The notes beneath the pieces were generated by a model. It did no database searches, was not told the DNA's origin, and was given only the letters and a program-made list of their open reading frames with translations. Shown piece after piece: positions 57,332 to 64,000 of a stretch of DNA of 64,000 nucleotides. Source of the stretch: Candidatus Woesearchaeota archaeon. Its GTDB lineage: Archaea > Nanobdellota > Nanobdellia > Woesearchaeales > GW2011-AR9. The DNA is taken from contig JBAYIU010000001.1 of assembly GCA_041665465.1 (NCBI GenBank), positions 985,332 through 1,049,331 on the forward strand, in the 5' to 3' direction. Each line of letters opens with the position of its first letter. Positions within the stretch are counted from its first letter, which is position 1. A program made the translations under genes and the position numbers.

Positions 57332-58135
57332 ATGTTTAAGAAATATGGTTACTTGGGTATTATTTTAATCCTATTTGCGCAATTAAATTTCTTATTTAAA
57401 ATAAAGCCCTTTGATTTATGGTATGTGCCCATCGTTTGGAGCGGGTATATTCTATTGGTTGATGCGATTGTTTTCTCCTTGAGCAAGAAATCTTTAATCT
57501 CAACTTATCCAAAAAAGTTTTGGTTAGTGGTCTTATTATCTATTCCTCTTTGGTCAGTGTTTGAGTGGTATAATCTTTTTATTCAAAATTGGTATTATAC
57601 AAATTATACTTTCTTAGTGCATGTAGCAGACTTTACTATTATTTTCCCAGCAGTTTTAGAGACCTATTTTCTGTTGAAAGCGGTTCGTATATTCGAGAAA
57701 GTAAAACTTAAGCAGAAATATGAGGTTTCTCCAAGACTAATCACTTTAATGATTCTGTTTGGGATTCTAAGCTGCATTCTTCCTTTAATTTTCCCTAAGT
57801 ATACTTTTTATCTGGTTTGGGTAGCTTTTTTCTTATTACTTGACCCCATAAATTATGTTTTGGGAAATCCCAGTATTATAAAACATCTGCACGATGGAAA
57901 GATGAATATTCCTTTGTGTTTGTTCTTTGGAGCGATGATTTGTGGTATATTCTGGGAATTCTGGAATTTCTGGGCCTATCCAAAATGGTTTTATGAAATT
58001 CCATTTATCAGTTTTCTAAAGATCTTTGAGATGCCTATATTGGGATTTATTGGGTACGGTCCTTTTGGTTGGGAAGTTTATGCAATGTACAATTTTGTAG
58101 CTGGTTTATTTTCTAAAAAGGAAGATATAGAATGA
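57332..58135 (+). CDS. Polytopic membrane protein, hypothetical
   Basis: 267 aa, seven or more TM helices, Trp/Phe-rich. Confidence 0.5.
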   Translation: MFKKYGYLGIILILFAQLNFLFKIKPFDLWYVPIVWSGYILLVDAIVFSLSKKSLISTYPKKFWLVVLLSIPLWSVFEWYNLFIQNWYYTNYTFLVHVADFTIIFPAVLETYFLLKAVRIFEKVKLKQKYEVSPRLITLMILFGILSCILPLIFPKYTFYLVWVAFFLLLDPINYVLGNPSIIKHLHDGKMNIPLCLFFGAMICGIFWEFWNFWAYPKWFYEIPFISFLKIFEMPILGFIGYGPFGWEVYAMYNFVAGLFSKKEDIE

Positions 58136-58176
58136 ATCAAGCTAAATTTATAAACTAATTTTGTTTATTTCTGCTT

Positions 58177-59262
58177 ATGAATAAGAAATCTCTTTCCTCC
58201 TTGGAAATAACTGCAATTGTACAAGAACTGCAATTCTTAGTAAGAGGTAAGATCTCTCAAATATATCATCAAGACCCGGAATTAGTGCTACAGTTGCATG
58301 CAGTAGGTAAAGGAAAACAGTTACTTAAAATTCTTCCCGGGAAACTTCTCTGTCTTACTACTGAAAAGAACGCTCCAGATAAACCGAGCGGGTTCTGTTT
58401 ACAATTAAGAAAATACTTAGACGGAGCGATAATCCAATCCTTCTACCAGAAAGATACCGAAAGGATTGTGGTGTTTGATCTCGAATGTCATAAAGAAAAA
58501 TACTTCTTAATCATAGAACTTTATTCTAAAGGAAATATTGTACTTACTGATAAAGATCAAGTAGCAATTGCAGTGTTAGAATCACAAGTTTGGAAAGATC
58601 GTACGGTCAAGCCTAGAGAGAAGTATATTTTTCCGGTTTCAGAGATAAATTACAAGAACATCACTAAAGATAAACTTAAAGAGATATTAAACAAGAGTGA
58701 GAAAAAGAACTTAGCTACGGCATTAGCGATGGAGATTGGGTTGGGAGGAGTATACGCAGAAGAAGTATGCGCTTTAGTTGGAGTTGATAAGAATAAATTA
58801 CCTAAAGATGCAGAAGAAAAAGAAATCTCTGCGATTTACAAAACCATAAAAGAACTTCTAGGAAAGATCTCTGAAACTAAAGGTTATATCTACCTAGATG
58901 AGATTTCTCCTTTTCCCTTGCAAGGAAAACAGCCGGTTAAAATCACTTCTACTTACAATGAGGCCATCGATACCCTAAATCCGTTTACCAAAGCTTCTCC
59001 TTATGAAAAGAAAATTAAATCTATTGAAGCAATCCTTTCTCAGCAGCAAGAAACTATCAAAAGTATGGAAGAACAAATCGAACTGAATAAAAGAAAAGGA
59101 GAATTGGTTTATGAGAACTATACTCAGTTACAGAAGCTGTTGGAGATTGTAAAAGAGATGCGTAAAAGTAAAGAGTGGAAAGAAGTTGAAACAGAACTTA
59201 AAAAGATCAAAAAGATTTCTAAGGTTGACTTGAAAAATAAGAAGATAATTATCGATCTATGA
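58177..59262 (+). CDS. NFACT-N (FbpA/Rqc2-like) domain protein, short form lacking DUF814/NFACT-R
   Basis: N-terminal LSSLEITAIVQELQFLVRGKISQIYHQD...LVLQL and coiled-coil middle. Only 361 aa. Confidence 0.55.
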   Translation: MNKKSLSSLEITAIVQELQFLVRGKISQIYHQDPELVLQLHAVGKGKQLLKILPGKLLCLTTEKNAPDKPSGFCLQLRKYLDGAIIQSFYQKDTERIVVFDLECHKEKYFLIIELYSKGNIVLTDKDQVAIAVLESQVWKDRTVKPREKYIFPVSEINYKNITKDKLKEILNKSEKKNLATALAMEIGLGGVYAEEVCALVGVDKNKLPKDAEEKEISAIYKTIKELLGKISETKGYIYLDEISPFPLQGKQPVKITSTYNEAIDTLNPFTKASPYEKKIKSIEAILSQQQETIKSMEEQIELNKRKGELVYENYTQLQKLLEIVKEMRKSKEWKEVETELKKIKKISKVDLKNKKIIIDL

Positions 59263-59321
59263 TTTTGAATGATCCATTTTACTCCCTAAATCTTTTAAAA
59301 TAGGCCCTTCTGGAAGAGAGT

Positions 59322-60140
59322 ATGGGAATAGAAGATACTTTAACTACGATTGATTCACTAGTCACTAAATCAGAACAAGGGGTTTTTGTGGAGAGAGAGT
59401 TATTTCCTTATGTCTTCGAATTGATTAAGGATCCTTCTTCCCTTCCTGAAGATAAACTCTCTGTGGCTGAGGATCTTTTCCATCGGATTGCGGCGATGGA
59501 CAAGTCTACTTATCATGGGTGTGGTTTTTATCATAAACTTAGAGAATCTTTCCTTCCTTTTGTTCATCAAGTCTTTGAAAGAGCAGTTTATACTGAACCT
59601 TACTACAATTGCCAGCCAGAAGTTCTTTTTGGATATTTAGTTACTAATGCCAAAAAGAATGGATATGGGGATGAGGAAATGTTCGGTTTTCTTAATTCTC
59701 GTAGTGGGGACATAATAAAATACTCCGGGAAACCATTAGATTTAGCTCTTTTACCTAAAGAAGATTCAAGTAATATTAAGATGGCCTTGACTAATTTTTT
59801 AGATGATGGGGGACATCATGCCACTTGGTCAGGGTTAGTAGCTTCCATAATTTTCCCTTTTCCAGAAGTTCAATCTAAGATCGTGGATAATTTGAGGGTA
59901 AAGATGAGGGAGATCGAGGAAGTGATGGGTGCTCCACAACAGCAAGATGATAATTGGCATATCTTTGGGAATCCATCAATGATGGCCAAAACTTTATATT
60001 GTATTAAAAGAGAAGAGGGATATAAACAAATGGGGGCACTTCTGAGTAGCTGTTATACCTATAGAAATCATTTAGAAAGATGGAATCAAGCTCAAGGTAA
60101 AGTTAGAGAGTTAGCAGCAAGTCTCTTAGAACAGCAATAA
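59322..60140 (+). CDS. Hypothetical protein (272 aa)
   Basis: Clean ORF. No motifs. Confidence 0.45.
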   Translation: MGIEDTLTTIDSLVTKSEQGVFVERELFPYVFELIKDPSSLPEDKLSVAEDLFHRIAAMDKSTYHGCGFYHKLRESFLPFVHQVFERAVYTEPYYNCQPEVLFGYLVTNAKKNGYGDEEMFGFLNSRSGDIIKYSGKPLDLALLPKEDSSNIKMALTNFLDDGGHHATWSGLVASIIFPFPEVQSKIVDNLRVKMREIEEVMGAPQQQDDNWHIFGNPSMMAKTLYCIKREEGYKQMGALLSSCYTYRNHLERWNQAQGKVRELAASLLEQQ

Positions 60141-60162
60141 AAATTATAAAAAATAAAAAGAA

Positions 60163-60435
60163 TTATCTTTTCTTTCTCTTCTTAACCGGAGCTTTCACAC
60201 TAACATTCTTAACTTCAGAAGATCCGATAGTCTTTGGTTTGAACCATAAGAGATAAATTATGGGTAATACTCCTACTGTGTTAATAATCAAGATAGCAAT
60301 AAACCATCCTTTTTGTTGATATTTTCCAGCATACCATAATCCTAATCCTTTCCAAATCAAATCCCAGACCATAAATAAGAAGAATATTGACATCATCCAC
60401 ATGGTTGGTTGATACATCGCATTAACATCTATCAT
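60163..60435 (-). CDS. Small two-TM membrane protein with basic C-terminal tail
   Basis: 90 aa. Confidence 0.4.
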   Translation of the reverse strand: MIDVNAMYQPTMWMMSIFFLFMVWDLIWKGLGLWYAGKYQQKGWFIAILIINTVGVLPIIYLLWFKPKTIGSSEVKNVSVKAPVKKRKKR

Positions 60436-60507
60436 TTTATAACTCCTCCGTTTTAATGTAAAAAAAGAAAATTAAAGAATATATAAAAGTTGTGTTAAGT
60501 AGAACGA

Positions 60508-61368
60508 TTATTTCAGTTTAGTCTTACTAATCTTATCAAGATCTTCTAAAATGTCTGAAGCGATAAAAGTATATCCTTTTTTCTTCTTCAACAACTGATC
60601 TCCTACCCAACCGTTAATGTAAGACGCAGCAACTGCACTCTTAAACTGGTCTTTTGTTTTTGCTAGGAACCCAGCAACTAAACCTGCCAATAGATCTCCA
60701 GTTCCTGCTTTAGTCATACCTTGGTTTCCGGTGCGATTATAAGCAATCTTGTTTCTAGAGATAATAATATCTGTTGGTCCTTTAATTAACAATACATTAT
60801 TGTTCTGCAAAAAGTAACGTAAGTTTCCTTGCAAGATCTCTGCCTTCTCTTTAGCATTAGATTCTCTTAGTTTAGGAAGTAAAAATTCTTTCCCACTATT
60901 AGTTAGCATGATCTCTAACTCGGTTTCGTGGGGAGTAAGAATGGCGTTGTGGAAATCTTTGAAGGATAATGATTTCAATGCATCGGCATCGATAACTTTC
61001 ATCTTAGGAGATTTCTTAATCAAATACTGGCAGAATTTGTCTGCTTTTTTGGTTACTCCATTTCCAATAAGTACTGCATCAAAATGTTCTGCAAACTTAA
61101 CCATCTCTTTAGCATTTTTAATATTAAAATAACTCCCTTTAACTTTATGGGTGATTAAATCGGGAGACATCCTGTTGATGGTCCAGGCCACTTTCTCCGG
61201 GGCAGCAATAGTCACAGAATCGCAGCCCGATCTTAGTGCTGCTAAACCCGCCAAAGCTACTGCTCCAACGTAATCTTCAGATCCGCCGATAATTAAAGCA
61301 TAACCGTTTTCCCCTTTATGAGAGGTTTTTTTGCGGTCCATCAATTTTTTAATTTGGTTTATGTTCAT
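60508..61368 (-). CDS. nnrD: ADP/ATP-dependent NAD(P)H-hydrate dehydratase (YjeF C-terminal domain family)
   Basis: IIGGSEDYVGAVALAGLAALRSG, KGPTDII, GNQGMTKAGTGDLLAG. Confidence 0.8.
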   Translation of the reverse strand: MNINQIKKLMDRKKTSHKGENGYALIIGGSEDYVGAVALAGLAALRSGCDSVTIAAPEKVAWTINRMSPDLITHKVKGSYFNIKNAKEMVKFAEHFDAVLIGNGVTKKADKFCQYLIKKSPKMKVIDADALKSLSFKDFHNAILTPHETELEIMLTNSGKEFLLPKLRESNAKEKAEILQGNLRYFLQNNNVLLIKGPTDIIISRNKIAYNRTGNQGMTKAGTGDLLAGLVAGFLAKTKDQFKSAVAASYINGWVGDQLLKKKKGYTFIASDILEDLDKISKTKLK

Positions 61369-61577
61369 CTTAGCGTAAGTCCCTTTTCGAGGAAGACTAT
61401 TTTTTCCATTTATAATAGTTTGTTGTAATTGTGTAGTAAGAAATGTTAAAAATGGTACTTATTTATAAAGGTAACGTTTTTTGGAAAGTTGGTTTATAAA
61501 GAGGAGCTTATTTACTAGTTGTAAAGGGCGTGTTTTTGAAGAAAACCTTTTTAAATAGTCTTAATTCTGACTAAAAT

Positions 61578-62285
61578 ATGATTTATACCCTTCAAATATC
61601 TCAGGAATTGCCGGGAGTAGATTTTAAAGAAGTAACCGTAATTTCTGATGATAAGCTTTCGGGGATATTGAGAAGATCAGCTGTTGATGCTGATTTTCGT
61701 TCGGTTTACATTGAAAAGTTAACCCAAGGAAGTTTAGCTGAAGAGAACCAGTTTTTAGAAGAATTGGTTGGCAGGTATGGGGTTAACCTGATCTCTTGCG
61801 ATCCTCGTGGATATACCCTTTTTAGAGTTAAAGAACAAAAGAGACCGGGAAGAGATTTTCCCGGTGTGGGAGTAGGAGTAATCGTTCTTAACGAGAAAGG
61901 GGAACTGGCCATGCTTCGACGTAAGAATACCAATAACCGAGCTGGAAAGTGGGAAGTTCCTGGCGGAACAGTAGAATTAGGCCAAGGGACTTATGAATGT
62001 GGAGAAATTGAAACTTGGCAAGAAACTACTATGAAAGTCAAGGTTAAAGGTTGTGTGGGCGTTTATGAAGATATGGTTGAAGGACAGCATTGGTATTCTT
62101 TTGGGTTAGTGGCAGAACATCTAGAAGGTACACTCCAAATTGGAGAAGTTACTAAATTCGACGCTTGCGGTTATTTTTCTTTAGATCATCTTCCTGTGAA
62201 TACTTCTCTTCTGACGCTAAAATTATTAGATGATTATACTCGCGCGGGAGATAAATATCTTCCTTTGGATAGGATTTCTGAATAG
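61578..62285 (+). CDS. NUDIX-fold protein with extra N-terminal domain (degenerate Nudix box)
   Basis: GKWEVPGGTVELGQGTYECGEIETWQE resembles the Nudix box, with RE and EE positions altered. Confidence 0.5.
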   Translation: MIYTLQISQELPGVDFKEVTVISDDKLSGILRRSAVDADFRSVYIEKLTQGSLAEENQFLEELVGRYGVNLISCDPRGYTLFRVKEQKRPGRDFPGVGVGVIVLNEKGELAMLRRKNTNNRAGKWEVPGGTVELGQGTYECGEIETWQETTMKVKVKGCVGVYEDMVEGQHWYSFGLVAEHLEGTLQIGEVTKFDACGYFSLDHLPVNTSLLTLKLLDDYTRAGDKYLPLDRISE

Positions 62286-62327
62286 ATTAAGAAACTTTTT
62301 TAAATGCCTTTGATAATCGGAGAGTGT

Positions 62328-62547
62328 GGCCCCATAGCTTACCCTGGCAAACTTTTTTCAAAAGTTTGATCAAAAGGAAGGCGGGCATAAAGCCCACCAC
62401 TTTGGAACTAAATTTGAAGAAGTTTGGGGAACTGGAGCGCTGCTCTTATACGGGCGTGTTTCATACAAAACGCAACTCAAGTTAAGCAGAGGTTCCGGGT
62501 TCAAAAGCAAGCAATTTAATTGTTTGCAGAAAGTCCCGGTGGGGCCA
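62328..62547 (+). tRNA. tRNA-Ile(UAU) candidate with three introns: D-loop (about 84 nt), 37/38 (about 33 nt), T-loop (28 nt)
   Basis: Acceptor GGCCCCA/UGGGGCC with discriminator A. D-stem GCUU/GAGC (62337-40/62435-38). Anticodon stem CUGCU/AGCAG. Loop CUUAUA(C) with anticodon at 62447-62449. Variable loop AGGUU. T-stem CCGGG/CCCGG with loop UUCAAAA then a 28 nt insert. Spliced length about 75 nt. TTTTTTAAAT box upstream and T-tract downstream. Confidence 0.55.
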
Positions 62548-62556
62548 CTTTTATTA

Positions 62557-63144
62557 TTATGATTTTGCGTCGTACATTACGATTACTCTAAATCCTTCTG
62601 AAAATCTTTCGAATCCTACTTTAACGCAACTATCATAATATACGACTGGTAAGCCTTTACTTCTTTCCATCTTTGACAATTCTTCTTTTTTTGGAATAGT
62701 TATCTTTGTAAAATCAATTCCCTCTCCGGGGTCTTCAACTATTGCAGCAAGAGCGTTCTTTCCTCGATGAAGAGCTACTTTAACTGGCCCTTTGTTGCCA
62801 TAATCTGAACCATGTTCTATGGCATTCATTATTGCTTCAATAACTCGATTAAACGTGCCAAAGAGTTCAGATTCCATTTGATAATAACTTATGTTTTTAA
62901 TAAGTAGTTCCGATCTTAAGATTCCTTGATGGTAAAAAGCGGATTGCAGTTTCCATCCCGCTCTTTTTCTTTCTCTGGAAGAATATCCCTCTCTTGATTC
63001 AATTTCTCTTCCTTCTTTAAGTGCAAGGACTACGGGATTATCTTTATCTAAAATATATTCCTCTAGATTTGCAATCTCTGGATCGATTAATGGTTCGCCC
63101 ATTCTTTGCAATGCTGTTTCTAAAGTTAAAGTTGAATCAAACAT
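62557..63144 (-). CDS. GHKL-type ATPase domain protein (HATPase_c; RsbW/anti-sigma-factor-kinase-like)
   Basis: N-box EAIMNAIEHG and G1 box VEDPGEGIDF. Confidence 0.6.
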   Translation of the reverse strand: MFDSTLTLETALQRMGEPLIDPEIANLEEYILDKDNPVVLALKEGREIESREGYSSRERKRAGWKLQSAFYHQGILRSELLIKNISYYQMESELFGTFNRVIEAIMNAIEHGSDYGNKGPVKVALHRGKNALAAIVEDPGEGIDFTKITIPKKEELSKMERSKGLPVVYYDSCVKVGFERFSEGFRVIVMYDAKS

Positions 63145-63146
63145 AT

Positions 63147-63818
63147 TTATCTCCTCAACTCCAGTATTGTATTGTAAGAATATCTGGGAAGGAGCAAACC
63201 CTCTTGTAAAAGAGATCTCTTTTCCGCTAATCCCGACTCCAGTTGCTCTGAAGTTAATCCGGTGCGATAAGCATCATCGGTCAATTCGATGCGTCTAGTT
63301 TCATTAATTCGTTCGTTTTTTTCTAACTTGTCGGAGATATTATCATAACCACTAATCGCAATAATCCCTTTTTCTGTTATAGCATTACTATAGTTTTCTA
63401 AAGTCCGATCTACGGCATCATTTTTAATCCATACCTGTAAAGTACCATGGTCCCAAATTAACCCGTATTCTTTCTCTGGAAGAGGGTATTTGGTAATATC
63501 CCCAATGATAAAGTTAATGGTTCCAAGAGGAACTCTAGAAGCAAGTAAATGGAAGTAATTTCTAACTTTAAACCAGCAATGAGATCCTCCTTCCGGCGCT
63601 TTATAGTCCTGTTCAAAGACATCTAATCTACCTTTTCTTCCGGCTAGTCTTTCAGCGAACCAGATGGCAGCACGATCCATAGGTGGAGCACAAAGGTCAT
63701 AATTTAAACCAGCACGATGGTCTGCTCCCGGTCCTACTACGAGAATGGGTTGGTCGAAATCTACAACTTGTTCTAAGTAATCTGAAGTTATCATAGTTAA
63801 TAGACACCCAAGAACCAC
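63147..63818 (-). CDS. Hypothetical protein with Rossmann-like N-terminus
   Basis: ILVVGPGADHRAG glycine loop. 223 aa. Confidence 0.4.
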   Translation of the reverse strand: MVLGCLLTMITSDYLEQVVDFDQPILVVGPGADHRAGLNYDLCAPPMDRAAIWFAERLAGRKGRLDVFEQDYKAPEGGSHCWFKVRNYFHLLASRVPLGTINFIIGDITKYPLPEKEYGLIWDHGTLQVWIKNDAVDRTLENYSNAITEKGIIAISGYDNISDKLEKNERINETRRIELTDDAYRTGLTSEQLESGLAEKRSLLQEGLLLPRYSYNTILELRR

Positions 63819-63866
63819 TTATTAGGGTGTAAAAATAAAGTCTATTTTAATTAGTTTTCGGTAGAA

Positions 63867-64000
63867 TTAATGTTTAATCTTTTCTGAAGAAACATCCCAC
63901 AAAATCTTGAAATAAGTCTTAAAACTCTCGGCTACATTCTTGTTATGAATAACAATAGACATAGGAGTTTCATGTTTCATGGCAATAGCAATAGTGTCTC
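63867..64000 (-). CDS. 3' end of a minus-strand CDS whose start lies beyond the window edge
   Basis: In-frame translation ...AIAMKHETPMSIVIHNKNVAESFKTYFKILWDVSSEKIKH-stop, with the stop at 63867-63869. Confidence 0.4.
   Translation of the reverse strand, partial: DTIAIAMKHETPMSIVIHNKNVAESFKTYFKILWDVSSEKIKH

Noticed and set aside
1-64000. CRISPR arrays, integrases, transposases, rRNA genes
   Set aside because: I scanned for regularly spaced direct repeats, tyrosine/serine recombinase motifs, DDE motifs and rRNA-like conserved blocks and found none. The tRNA-adjacent regions show no att-like repeats that I could see by eye.

Overview
This 64 kb window looks like an AT-rich archaeal chromosome segment, not a mobile element. 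GC content, estimated by eye, is roughly one third.

Archaeal identity is supported by ribosomal protein S8e, both topoisomerase VI subunits (B then A), a family-B DNA polymerase with the YGDTDS motif, Rad50 with a CPTC zinc hook, a eukaryote/archaeal-type tryptophanyl-tRNA synthetase, CDP-archaeol synthase, Lrp/AsnC and HTH_10 regulators, and five tRNA genes preceded by TATA-like boxes near -25/-30 and followed by T-tracts.

The main result is the tRNA set. Four of the five genes (Glu, Val, Arg, Ile) carry introns at non-canonical D-loop and/or T-loop positions, and three of them also have the canonical 37/38 intron. One appears to be tRNA-Ile with a genomically encoded UAU anticodon. Together with small proteins and many bacterial-type genes (NrdR, RNase HIII-like, PIN-PhoH, TsaC, AI-2E transporter, NFACT-N), this suggests a small-genome DPANN-like archaeon (inference from gene content).

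Other things worth a second look:
- a Rad50 gene with no Mre11, followed by an unknown gene and a PIN-PhoH nuclease-ATPase;
- a thymidine kinase made of two fused copies, the first with a degenerate P-loop;
- adjacent RNase HII and RNase HIII-like genes;
- two HIT-fold paralogs in tandem, both missing the nucleophile histidine;
- an Endo IV-like TIM-barrel protein with a ~350 aa internal insertion;
- a small, very basic protein made of an internal tandem repeat;
- a ~140 bp GC-rich segment with foreign codon usage sitting in-frame inside a gene;
- a 575 bp GC-rich, highly structured intergenic region that looks like an unclassified ncRNA;
- several compact operons of unknown function.

No CRISPR array, integrase, transposase or rRNA gene was seen.
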